From Candidatus Saccharimonadota bacterium (GTDB lineage Bacteria; Patescibacteriota; Gracilibacteria; BD1-5; UBA6164), in NCBI GenBank assembly GCA_963677765.1, contig OY782392.1, positions 510,001 through 542,000 of the forward strand: a stretch of DNA of 32,000 nucleotides. The letters are read 5' to 3'. Positions 1 through 11,011 of the stretch are shown here, piece by piece. Position 1 is the first letter of the stretch; the number at the start of each line of letters is the position of its first letter. The notes beneath the pieces were generated by a model. The model made no database searches. It was not told the origin of the DNA and worked only from the letters and a program-made list of their open reading frames with translations. A program made the translations under genes and the position numbers.

Positions 1-401
1 AACTTAGCTCAATCGACTTCTATTTGTATATTTGCTTTTTCTTTTTCAATTCTTCAATAATAATTATAAAAATTAAATTTTTTTCATCAAATAGTAGATA
101 ATTTATATTTTTTTCAATTTCACTTTTGAGATAGAGATAATTTTTCTTTTTTATCTAAAATATCTTCTTCTTTTTGTTTTTGTTTATCTAAAAACTCATC
201 TCAGTGTCAATATCAACAAGTATCTAAATTTTCACACATTCAATCAAATAAAGAAGCTCAACAATTAGGACAAGTTTGTTCAGAAACTAAAATCCTTATA
301 TCTTCTTTTACAGATTCGCTATATAAATCTAAATCACTTGAGGAATTAACTTCATCAATATTTCCATTTAAATCATTAATATCATTTAATTTATTTGCCA
401 T
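1..401 (-). CDS. hypothetical protein with zinc-ribbon-like motif (N-terminal part; continues off the left edge)
   Basis: ATG at 401..399. Open to position 1 with TGA=Gly. Starts MANKLNDINDLNGN... and contains CPNC-TGA = CPNCG followed by further Cys (MCENLDTCGYGH). Confidence 0.5.
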
Positions 402-444
402 AATAATAAATCATAATTATATTTTTATATATTATAACATATAA

Positions 445-1143
445 TTAATCAGATGCAATAATAAGTCATATAATTTTATTTGATTGATTTTCTTTCAATA
501 AAAAAGATAACTCATTAATAGTAGCTCAAGTACTAATAACATCATCTATAATAATAATATTTTTTCATTTTATTATAGATTTGAATTTGTTATTAAAAAC
601 ATAAGCTCATTTTAAATTAATAAGTCTTTGTTTTCTATTTAAATCTGATTGTTGACTTGTATTTTTTATTTTTTTTAGAATATTAGGTATATATTTTATT
701 CAAGATATTTTTGAAAAATTTTTAGCCAGTATTTGTGATCAATTATATCATCTTTTTATTTTTTTTATAAAATGACTTGGTACTCATGTAACTATATAAT
801 CAGATTTATATATAATTTTTTCATTTAATAAAAATTTTTCATATAAAAACTCTGTAAAATCATCATAAATACTTGTTTTATTATAAAACTTAGAATCCCT
901 TATAAGTTTTTTTGTATATTTTTGTTTATAATGATTTAATATTATTATTTTATCATAATAAATATCTTTTTTACACAAATCATGTACTTTATAGTTTAAA
1001 GTATTTCATTTACAAACATAACAAACAGAATCAAATTTATATTCTGATTTTTGACATTGTGGACAAAAAAAGTGTCATTCTTTATTGCAAGAATAACACT
1101 TTTTAGGAGCTATTACATCCAATAATAATTTAAATATAGTCAT
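445..1143 (-). CDS. comFC: ComF-family protein (ComFC-type phosphoribosyltransferase-domain competence protein)
   Basis: ATG 1143..1141, TAA 447..445, 232 aa under table 25. N-terminal Cys clusters (CYSCNKEGHFFCPQC, CYVC). C-terminal PRTase motif IIIIDDVISTGATINE, where the Gly of STGAT is a TGA codon. Confidence 0.85.
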
Positions 1144-1177
1144 ATTTTATAATTATATATATTATTGGGAGAATATT

Positions 1178-2584
1178 TTATTTTAAATTTTTTAATATAC
1201 TAGATATAGAATCAACTCAAAATCAAGTCATTCATTTAACTGTATATCAATATGGTTCAAATCAATTTAAAGCAGTTCAAGCTATATCTAGGTGAGTATA
1301 TTTTTCATTATTCATAAGAAAATTAGCCAAAAAAGCTGCTCACATTGTAGATCAAGCATAAACTCATCTATTTAAGTTTTCTAAATCAGCAATTTTAGAT
1401 TTAGTTTTTTCTATAAAATAATTATCAAAAGGTAATCTATTATATTTTTCAAAATTGTTACTAGAATAATTTAAAAATTCATTTATTAATTTTTCATCAT
1501 TTCACATTATACCAGCATACCTAAATCATAATGCAACCATACAAGCTCAAGTAAGAGTAGCCACACTAATAATTCTTTCTAATTTATAATTATCGCTTAA
1601 ATAACTAATACCATCTGCTAAAACAAGTCTTCATTCAGCATCAGTATGAATAACATCTACAGTTTTTCAACTATAAGATTTAATTATATCACTAGGTTTA
1701 TAAGATTCTCAAGAAATATGGTTTTCTGCTAATGGAATTGCCGCTACAATATTTACATTTAAATCTTTAGTATCTAATTCTTTCATTGTTGCAAAAGTAG
1801 TTGCAGCTCAACACATATCTCATTTCATTTCATACATACTATCTCATGGCTTTACTTGAATTCATCATGTATCAAAAGTTATTCATTTTCAAACTAATCA
1901 AATAGTTGGTAACTTCTTATCAATAATTCTTTCTAATATAACCATATAAGGTTTCTTAGAACTTCATTTTCAAACATTATATAATAAACCAAGTCAAAGT
2001 TTTTGAATCTTGTTAGAATCCAAAATTTTAACTTTTGTATTTTTAAATTTTGTATTATTAATAATATTAGCAAATGATTCTGGATATAAATCATTTGATG
2101 GCATAAATCATAAATCTCTAGCTAATATTATATTTTTTATTGTAGAAACTCTTTCATTTATAATTTTTTTATTTGAATCTGTAGTAATTATATTTATAGT
2201 TTCTTCTTCTTTTTTTGATTTATATTCTTGATATGAATATCTAGATAATAAACAATTATTTAACAAAATACTAACATTTTTATCATTTTTTGTTAAAAGA
2301 GTTAAATTATTAGGAAGAGCTCTAAATATATCTCATAAATAATAATTTATATCTTTTCATTCATTTTGTGAATAAAAAATAACAAAAACTTTTTCATAAT
2401 TTTCATTTCATAAATAAAAATCAAAACAAAAACTTTTATTTAAATCTATATCATTTTTTATTTTATCTAATATTTTTTTTGATATAGATAATCATCTTAA
2501 AACACTAAGTTCAGATTTTTTTTCTACATATACAAGTAAATTCGATTTTTTGGCTTCACTGTGGTTTTTTATTTTATTAATCAT
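1178..2584 (-). CDS. pepA: leucyl aminopeptidase, peptidase family M17
   Basis: ATG 2584..2582, TAA 1180..1178, 468 aa. M17 signatures GKGITFDTGGIQVKP, MKGDMCGAA, HTDAEGRLVLAD and ATLTGAC; most of these Gly are TGA codons. Confidence 0.9.
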
Positions 2585-2608
2585 TGTCTATATATTAAAA
2601 ATATACTA

Positions 2609-3277
2609 TTAAAACAATAGTATATATAAATCTATTATTTTCAAAATAAAATATAAAAATAATAAAGTGGCTATAAATAAAGAATAAACAAGTGATATAT
2701 AATTTATATAATTTTTATGCACTTGATAATTAAAAAATATTAAAAATAATACAATAAAGAATAAATAATATGAAAATTCTATTATATAAATATAAAATAA
2801 TGAACTAATTCATATTAAATAATTTAATATTAATCAAAAATATTTTAAATCTAATTCATATTTTTTTAAAAAAGGTAATTTTGGTAAATGATTAAAACTA
2901 AAATCTCATATTATAAATAATATAATAAAAAATATTATTAATAAATCATAATTAAAAAAACCAAAATATAGTGGTGTAATAAGTAATATATAAAATAAAG
3001 AATAATATAATATTGATTTATCAATTTTATATTTATTTGTATTTTCTGATATCTTAAGTGGGCTAAAATATATAACAAATGTTATTGCTATAGTTAAAAA
3101 TAATACACTTAAAAAAAGTAATGAAATTCAAGTTTCTAAACCTAAATAATTAAATATACTTTCTAATTCAATAGCATATCTATCATTTCATAATATAGTT
3201 TTTCAATTATTTAAATTATAAAAGCTATAAAATATAAATGAAAACAAGGAAGAAACAAAAAAAAGGAGTAATCTCAT
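2609..3277 (-). CDS. multi-pass membrane protein, function unknown (possibly the frameshifted continuation of the upstream ORF)
   Basis: ATG 3277..3275, TAA 2611..2609, 222 aa. Highly hydrophobic (MRLLLFFVSSLFSFIFYSF...). Starts 14 nt after the stop of the 454-aa ORF, in the +1 frame. Confidence 0.5.
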
Positions 3278-3290
3278 TTTTAATATAAAA

Positions 3291-4655
3291 TTAAAAATTA
3301 ATTACTCCAAATATAACTATATTAATTAAAAAAACAAAACTAATAACTAATAAAAATATATTTTTTGAAAATTTTAATAAAATATAAGTAATAATAATAA
3401 CTAAAAAATAAAATATTCATCAAAAATGATAATCTTTAACTTCAAATACTTGAGAAATATTTAGATAAATTATAAAAAATAATGTATATATAAATATTAT
3501 AAAAAATATATAATCTCTAAGTCATTTAAAAAACATTAATATTTCATCTAAAATAGTTTCTATTCATTTTTTTATATATGTATAAGAAAATGAGATTCAT
3601 TTTTCTCTAGCTTTTAATAGTGCAATATTTTGTTTAATTACAATTCTTTTTAAAAATGTTTCTTCTCTTAATTCTTTATTAAAAGCTAATTTTAATATAT
3701 TTACAAAAATAAATTTTGTATTTTGATTCAATCTTTCTTTATATTTTGATAAATATAATAAGCTCTTTATATAAGAATGTGAATGTCTATCAATTCAATC
3801 ATCTTTTTTTTCTTTTTTTAATCATTTTAAAAAATTTGAAAAATTATCACTTAAATTTTTAAATTGATAAACTACATCTCTATCTTTTTCTATAAATTGA
3901 TCTTTTGATCATAATTTTCTTAATAATTTATTTGTATCTTTTAATAACTCTCTATTTTCTTTATTTTTTGTTTTTTCTAACTCTTTTAATTCAATTGATC
4001 ATATTTTTACAAGAGCTAATTCTCAAACTTCTCTTAGTTTAGCTATATTTGTTGATTTTTTTAATTTTATAATTTCATTATAAACATTTTTCAATTTTTC
4101 TCTTTTTTCATTATCTATTTCTATAAGATAATTTCATGATGTTATTTTTTCTAATTTATTTAATACTAATTCTATAAGTTTATTTGTTTCTTCAAGCTCT
4201 TTTTTAAGATAAAAACTCTCTAATTTTTTATTTCAATCTCTTTCTTTTTTTATTTTATCTCTTAATTCATCTATTTTTTCTTTTTTTCAATGGCTGTAAT
4301 ATAAATCATATTCTTCTTCTAATTCTTTTACTATTTTTTTCTTTTCTTCTAATGATTTATTTTCATCACTTTCAGAATAAATAAGATCTATACTATATTC
4401 TAAATTTTTTCTTAATTTTACATATGCCTTAAATATATCATTTCAAACTATTTTTCAGTGCTTAAATTCATTATCTTTATATCATTCAAATATAAAAGTG
4501 TTTCAAATATCTCATTTATCAAAAATTTCTTCCACACTCAAAATAGAGTATCATTCTTTATGAACTCTATTTCTAGCTACTGCTTCATTTTCGGCTTTAA
4601 AAACAATATTATATTTTTTACCGTCTTTTGATACTGATATTTTATAATTATGCAT
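3291..4655 (-). CDS. hypothetical protein: small N-terminal alpha/beta domain, long Lys/Glu-rich coiled-coil region, C-terminal transmembrane helices
   Basis: ATG 4655..4653, TAA 3293..3291, 454 aa with TGA=Gly. Starts MHNYKISVSKDGKKYNIVFKAENEAVARNRVHKEGYSILSVEEI. C-terminus FFIIFIYTLFFIIYL...FYFLVIIITYILL...LLVISFVFLINIVIFGVINF. Confidence 0.6.
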
Positions 4656-4674
4656 GGTTTAATTTAATATAAAA

Positions 4675-4917
4675 TTAAGCAAATTTTCAAATTGGATTCG
4701 ATACATTTTCACTAAATGCTCTTTGAAAATCTAATCATTTTTTTTCAAATTCTTCTAAAAAGATTCTATTAAGCTTTGTTGTTTGATTTTCTAGATCTAC
4801 TTTTTCTACATTTGGTAAAAGACTTTCTAGTTTTTCAATATTTACTGACTCCAATCTATCATTTAAATTTTCCGGAGTTTTAATTTGTTCTTTTATTTGT
4901 TCTGGATTATTTTGCAT
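4675..4917 (-). CDS. small acidic hypothetical protein (80 aa)
   Basis: The ORF-track ORF 4735..4917 reads on through one TGA to TAA at 4677..4675. It starts 4 nt after the upstream ORF stop. Confidence 0.45.
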
Positions 4918-4921
4918 GATA

Positions 4922-5233
4922 TTATAGATTATTAATTAAAAATGAAAAAGAATTTATTTCTTTTTTTCTTTCTTCTGCTTCTTTTCTTCTCATTCAAGAA
5001 ATAACAGAAAAATTAGTTTTTTGTATTTGTTCCAATTCTTTTATTTCAACTTCTTCTACAAATTTTACAAGACTAGAATAAATTCTATCAATTCATTCCT
5101 CATCTAAAATATCTAGAGCTTGAATATATAATGATTTTTGTTCATCTGGTATTTCCAAATTCATAATCATTACTTTTGTAAGTTTTATTTTTTCTTTTAA
5201 CTTATCTTGTTTTTTTAAAAAATCAAATAGCAT
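4922..5233 (-). CDS. small hypothetical protein (103 aa)
   Basis: ATG 5233..5231, TAA 4924..4922. Starts MLFDFLKKQDKLKEKIKL.... First gene of a co-directional run downstream of the 348-bp intergenic region. Confidence 0.45.
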
Positions 5234-5581
5234 ATTTTTATATTTATTTATTATATATTTATATATTAACATATATTTTTTTATAAATCAAAAATGTTAA
5301 TTACTTCTTATATATATATGTTTTTTTATATTTTATATAATATATTATTATTATTAATCATAAATGTTAAAATGTTAAAATACCTAATTCTAGCTATTTT
5401 TTTATTTATAATGAATTTATTGTAATTTAAAATATAATTTTATTTATATTATTTAAGCCATTTTTATATTTTATAACATTTTTTTAACAATTAATAAAAA
5501 AAATTATTGACTTGTATTTTTTTCTATAAAACTTATATTTAGAATTAATTATTTTTAACATATATAAATTAACAATAAAAA

Positions 5582-6847
5582 ATGAATGATAAAAAATTTA
5601 ACAATAATTATAAAGTTTTTATTATTTTTTTAACAAGTTTTGTTCTTTGAATTATTTTTACCGCATTTATAGGGAATTATACGAATATAGCTTTGTTAAA
5701 AACTAAAAATTATCAAATAGAAAGTACTTTAGATGACCAACTTGATGTAGATTTATCAAAATATGATAGTGTTTTTAATTTAATTAAAAATTATTATTAT
5801 GATATTGATAATTTAACTAATACTTGATTAATAGATTGATCTATTAATTGATTAGTAGATTGAATTTGAGATAAACATTCAGATTATCTTACAAAAGAAG
5901 AATATATACAATTTAATGAAAATTTATCTTGAGATTTTGAATGAATTTGAGCTGTTATAGAATTACATCCTTTATGAGTACAAATAGATAGGATATTAAA
6001 ATGATCACCTGCAAAAAGTAATGATTTAAGAACTTGAGATATTATTATTACAGCTAATTCTATAGAATTATCATGATTATGACTTATAGAAGCTGTTGAT
6101 AATATTAAATGACCTGCATGAACTAATGTTGTATTAGAAATAATTAGAGAATGAGAAACAGAAATATTAACAAAAGATATAATAAGAAATAAGATAAAAA
6201 TACCTTCTGTTGAACATGAATTATTAGATGATAATATTTGATATATATCTATAAATATGTTTTGAATAGATACTTTTGTAGATTTTCAATCTGCTTTATT
6301 AGATTTAAAAGATACAGACTGAATTATTATAGATTTAAGAGATAATTGAGGTTGATTATTGATGAGTGCAGTTGAAATACTTAGTAAATTTATAGAAAAT
6401 TGAAATGATTTAGTAGTAACAAAATATAAAGAATCAAACAATAATCATAGTTATAAAAGTAATAATTATTGATATTTATATAAATGAAAAATTGTTATAC
6501 TTATTAATGAAAATTCAGCTAGTGCATCAGAAATAGTTGCATGAGCTTTGAGTGATTATGATAAAGCTATTTTAGTTTGAAAAAAATCTTATTGAAAATG
6601 ATCAGTTCAAGAACCTTTTGAATTAGATGATTGAAGTATGGTAAAATTAACTATTGCTAAATGGTTTACTCCTAAATGAGTAAATATAGATGAAGAATGA
6701 ATTAATCCAGATATAGAAGTATGATTTGAAGATGAAGATTTTGAAAATAATTATGATAGACAAAAAGAAAAAGCTATTGAGGTTTTAAAAAACTTTATAT
6801 CTAAACAAAATATTGATTTAGTAAAAAGTGATTATTTAGTAGAATAA
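5582..6847 (+). CDS. carboxy-terminal processing protease, peptidase family S41 (Ctp/Prc-like), N-terminal TM anchor
   Basis: ATG 5582, TAA 6845..6847, 421 aa. PDZ-like segment (GVQIDRILKGSPAKSNDLRTGDIII). S41 motifs DLRDNGGG, INENSASASEIVAGAL and GKKSYGKGSVQ. About 33 in-frame TGA, nearly all at expected Gly positions. Confidence 0.9.
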
Positions 6848-6852
6848 TAAAT

Positions 6853-6893
6853 AAAAGAAGTAAAAACTTTAATTAGTTTTACTTCTTTTATTT
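6853..6893 (+). terminator. rho-independent terminator after the S41 protease gene
   Basis: 13-bp arms aaaagaagtaaaa (6853..6865) / ttttacttctttt (6877..6889), followed by a T-rich tail. Confidence 0.55.
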
Positions 6894-7021
6894 AATTTAT
6901 ATAATGATTCCAATTTTAATATTTAATTATATTATTATGAATTATACTAAAACAGAAAAATTAATTTTATTTAAGAATTATTAGTAAAAAAAAATAATTT
7001 TAGATTTTAAATAAATAATAC

Positions 7022-8254
7022 ATGTTAAAAAATACAGATAAAGATATTTATGATTTGATTTTAAAAGAAGAATCAAGACAAGAAAATGAAATAGAATTAA
7101 TTGCTTCAGAAAATTATGCTTCATTAGATGTATTAGAAGCTGCTTGAAGTATACTTTCAAATAAATACAGCGAATGATATCCATGAAAAAGATATTATGC
7201 ATGACAAGAAAATATAGATAAAATAGAAAATATAGCTATAAATAGAGCAAAAGAGCTTTTTTGAGCTGAATATGTAAATGTTCAACCTTTATCATGAAGT
7301 CCAGCTAATTTAGCCGTATATTTATGAGTATTAAAACCAGGAGATACTGTTTTATGACTTAGTTTAGATCAAGGTTGACATTTAAGTCATGGTCATCCAA
7401 TGAATTTTTCATGAATATTATATAATATTGTTCCTTATTTTCTTGATAAGGAAAAAGAAATAATAGATATGGATGAAGTTGAACGTATAGCTTTGGAAAC
7501 AAAACCAAAAATGATATTGGCTTGATTTTCTGCATATTCTAGAGATTTAGATTGGAAAAGATTTAGAGAAATAGCTGATAAAGTTTGAGCAATTTTAATG
7601 GCAGATATAGCACATATTGCATGATTAATAGCTTGATGAGTATTAGAAAATCCTGTTCCATATTGTGATATAGTTACTACTACTACTCATAAAACTCTTA
7701 GATGACCAAGATGAGCTATTATTATGTCTAAGGAGAAATATTCAAAAGATATAGCAAGAGCAGTTTTTCCTTGAGTACAATGATGACCACACGAAAATCT
7801 TATTGCAGCAAAAGCGGTTGCTTTCAAAGAGGCTTTAGATCCATCTTTCAAAGTCTATGCTAGACAAGTTGTAGACAACGCAAGGTTTTTAGCTGATTTA
7901 TTAATGAAAAACTGATTTAAAATAACTTCAAATTGAACTGATAATCATTTAATACTTATAGATGTTTTTTCTAGTTTTTGAGTAACATGAAAAGAAGCTG
8001 AAATCGCTTTAGAAAAAGTAGGTTTATCTACCAATAAAAATATGGTACCATATGATGTTAGAAAACCTATGGATCCATCATGAATTAGAATTTGAACTCC
8101 TGCAGTTACTACAAGATGAATGAAAGAAGAAGAAATGAAAATAATAGCTGATGTTTTTACTAGAGCTATCAAGAATCATAATAATGATAATATTTTAGAA
8201 TGATTAAAATCAGAAATATTAGATTTATGTAAAAGATTTCCTATTTATAAATAG
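7022..8254 (+). CDS. glyA: serine hydroxymethyltransferase
   Basis: ATG 7022, TAG 8252..8254, 410 aa. Motifs [33 protein letters not shown] (PLP lysine) and FPGVQGGPHEN; many of the Gly are TGA. Confidence 0.95.
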
Positions 8255-8267
8255 GAAATCTTTTTTA
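8234..8267 (+). terminator. rho-independent terminator overlapping the glyA stop codon
   Basis: Perfect palindrome agatttcctattta/taaataggaaatct (8234..8261) followed by TTTTT. The TAG stop lies inside the 3' arm. Confidence 0.6.
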
Positions 8268-8368
8268 TTTTAGACAAAAATTTTTATTTAATGTCAATGT
8301 AAAAAACTTGATTATTTAAGTAAAAAGTATAGATTATAGACAATATATTATATACTTACCTGTCTAAA

Positions 8369-8956
8369 ATGTACAATTTAACAAGACAAGAAGCAGCGGA
8401 TTTATTAAATGTATCAACTAGAAGTGTTGATAGATATATAAAATCATGAAAAATAAGATCAAAAAAAGATTGAAAAGTTGTTTATTTGCATTCATGAGAT
8501 GTAGATAATTTATGAGATTGAAATAATACTAAACAAGAAGTTATTGTTGAAAAACCAAAAACTTCTAATTATACTTATACTAAATCAACTATTGATAATT
8601 CATCTAAATCTATAGACTTAGAATCAAATTTCAAAAAAACAGCTTTAGATGAAGTTTATAGTGATTTGAGAAATGAAATAAAAGAAAAAGATAATATTAT
8701 TAAAGAATTATCTATAAGAGTATGAAGAGCAGAAGAAATTGCTAAAAACTCTGTTTCTTTGATGGATTTTAAAAAATCACAATTTATTTTAGAAGAATCT
8801 AAAAATAGTTTAAATGAATCTATTAGTAAATTAAGTGATGAAAATGAACAATTATCATGAGAATTAAAATATCAAAAAACAAATAATATTATTCTTATAA
8901 TTGCACTTATAGTTTTATTTGCTATATCTTGAACAATTTTTGTTTTAACTATATAA
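8369..8956 (+). CDS. membrane-anchored helix-turn-helix protein (excisionase/MerR-type HTH, coiled coil, C-terminal TM)
   Basis: ATG 8369, TAA 8954..8956, 195 aa. N-terminus MYNLTRQEAADLLNVSTRSVDRYIKSGKIRSKKDGK resembles excisionase-family HTH domains. C-terminus NIILIIALIVLFAISGTIFVLTI is a TM helix. Confidence 0.6.
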
Positions 8957-8974
8957 AAAGTTTGTAAAAATTAA

Positions 8975-9007
8975 AAAAATGCTTATTTTTTATAAGCATT
9001 TTTTATT
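8975..9007 (+). terminator. hairpin plus T-run after the HTH gene, ending 2 nt before the tRNA
   Basis: Arms aaaaatgcttat (8975..8986) / ataagcattttt (8992..9003). Confidence 0.5.
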
Positions 9008-9008
9008 T

Positions 9009-9083
9009 GTCCCTATAGTTCAACGGATAGAACAAACCCCTCCTAAGGGTTAGATGTTGGTTCGATTCCAGCTGGGGATACCA
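9009..9083 (+). tRNA. tRNA-Arg (anticodon CCT, reads AGG), CCA end encoded
   Basis: Hand-folded 75-nt cloverleaf. Acceptor GTCCCTA/TGGGGAT (two G-U pairs). D arm GTTC-AACGGATA-GAAC. Anticodon arm AACCC-CTCCTAA-GGGTT. T arm GTTGG-TTCGATT-CCAGC. Discriminator A plus CCA. It is the local GC peak of the window. Confidence 0.85.
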
Positions 9084-9110
9084 AAACTAAATAAGAATCG
9101 AATCTATAAT

Positions 9111-9139
9111 AAAAAAACAAGCAATTAGCTTGTTTTTTT
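9111..9139. terminator. bidirectional terminator shared by the tRNA (+) and mutL (-)
   Basis: Arms aaaaaaacaagc (9111..9122) / gcttgttttttt (9128..9139), with A-run and T-run flanks. Overlaps the mutL stop codon. Confidence 0.55.
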
Positions 9140-10988
9140 ATCTTTCATATTTATTTTTTAATTCTTCTAAATCAATATCAAAAACTACTGGTCTTCAATG
9201 AGGACAAGTTGCAGAATAATCTTCAACTGCATCATTTAATAATTTATTCATTTCAAATAAGTTTAATTTATTTCAAAACTTTATTGCAGATCTACAAGCT
9301 GTATATGCAAATATTTTATTTTTTACTTCATCTAAAGTTTTTGATTTATTAAAGCTATGTTCTCATATATCATCAAGAATTCAAGTAAATATATTATTTA
9401 AGTTTTCTTTTTTTATAAAATCAGGAATTCAATTTATTATAACATTATTTCCCGGTAATAATTCTAAATCAAATCACATTTCATAAAAAGTGTCTATATT
9501 GTCTTTTAAAATATTGGCTTCATTTGGCCTAATATTTATACTTTCAGCTATTAATAATCATTGAGTTGATACTTTTTTGTCTGCTTTGACAAGTTTTTCA
9601 TATATTATTCTTTCTGCTAAAGCATGTTGATCTAAAAACTTTATTCAAAAATTTGTTTCTACTATAATATAAGAGTTATGAGCTTGTCATATTATTTTTC
9701 ACATCTTAGTATAATGTAAATCATTTGAATTTTGTTCATTATTTGTATTTAAAAAATCATTATTTTCTCCTTTATTTAAGCCAAAACTTAAATTATTTCA
9801 TATATTGATTTGATTTGGATTACTTTCTATATTTTTGTAAGGAGAGTATGATTTAAACTTTGTACCTGATCAACTATAGTATTCTTTTTTTTGTTCGAAA
9901 TTATTATTATTGTTTGATATTGTACTATTGTGAGTACTCATTTTTCATAAAAAATAACTATTTATATCATTTTGTTCTTTTATTTGATTTGATACTAAGC
10001 TTACTGATTCCAATTTTTGGTTTATTGAATGGTAAACAGCTCTAAATATTGATTGCTCATTTGCAAATCTTATTTCAAGTTTTCTTGGGTGTACATTTAC
10101 ATCTATTTGTGTAGGATCAACTTCAATATCTAAAATATATGCAGGATGAGTTCAATGAGGAATATATCTATTATATGCATCATTTATTGATTTAGAAATC
10201 AGATAAGAGTTTATAGGTCTTTTATTTACATATAAATTTTGTCTATTTTTATTATTATAGTTTACTTTTGGGTCAGATATATATCATTTTATACTTATTC
10301 ATTGCATTCAAAAGTCAATTTCAAGTATATTATCAGATATATCATTAGAATAAATATTATATATTCTTGTTATTTTATCTTCATTTTCTTTGTATTTGAA
10401 TATTTGTTTTCAATCAGATATAAATTCAAATCATATTTCTGGATATATAAGGGCTATTTGATATAAATAATTTAAAATATGATTGTATTCTGTTCTAGCT
10501 GTTTTTAAATAATTTAATCTTGCAGGAGTATTATAAAATAAATTTTCAATTATAATTTTAGTTCATTTATCTCTTGGGCAAGTTATTATTTTTTGTTTTT
10601 CTCATCATAAAACCTTTATACTAGATCAAAAATCATCAACTTGGTTTTTTGTTTCAATTGTCATATCTGATACTGATGATATAGATGAAATAGCTTCTCA
10701 TCTAAATCAAAAAGTCATTATATTATGAAGATCTTTTATGTTTTTAATTTTAGAAGTAGAATACTTTTCTACTGCTAAGTCTAAGTATTTTTTTTCTATA
10801 CCATCTCAATCATCATCTATATATATTTCTTTTATTCATCATTCTATTATAGATACTTTTATATTTTTTGAATTAGCATCTATAGAGTTTTCTATTAATT
10901 CTTTTATTACAGAAACAGGTCTTTCAACTACTTCTCAAGCAGCGATTTGATTTGATAAAACCTTATCTAATTTTATTATTTCAGCCAC
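9138..10988 (-). CDS. mutL: DNA mismatch repair protein MutL
   Basis: GTG 10988..10986 (an in-frame TAA lies 3 codons upstream and there is no ATG before the conserved N-terminus). TAA 9140..9138, 616 aa. Motifs [58 protein letters not shown] and CPHGRP. Confidence 0.9.
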
Positions 10989-11011
10989 TTTGTTTTAGTA
11001 TTAGGAGATAA

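Noticed and set aside
5364-5379. A tandem atgttaaa-atgttaaa duplication, considered as a repeat array or CRISPR-like feature.
   Set aside because: There are only two 8-nt units with no spacers. It is better explained as a duplicated -10 element.
5294-5425. A 43-codon, very hydrophobic ORF (MLITSYIYMFFYILYNILLLLIINVKMLKYLILAIFLFIMNLL) in the long intergenic region.
   Set aside because: Its composition is what A/T-only DNA translates to. An open stretch of this length is expected by chance once all frames are counted. It also overlaps the putative promoter motif.
8369-9140. A possible integrative element: an excisionase-like HTH beside a tRNA gene.
   Set aside because: There is no integrase or recombinase and no repeat of the tRNA 3' end nearby. 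The flanking genes (glyA, mutL) are core housekeeping genes.
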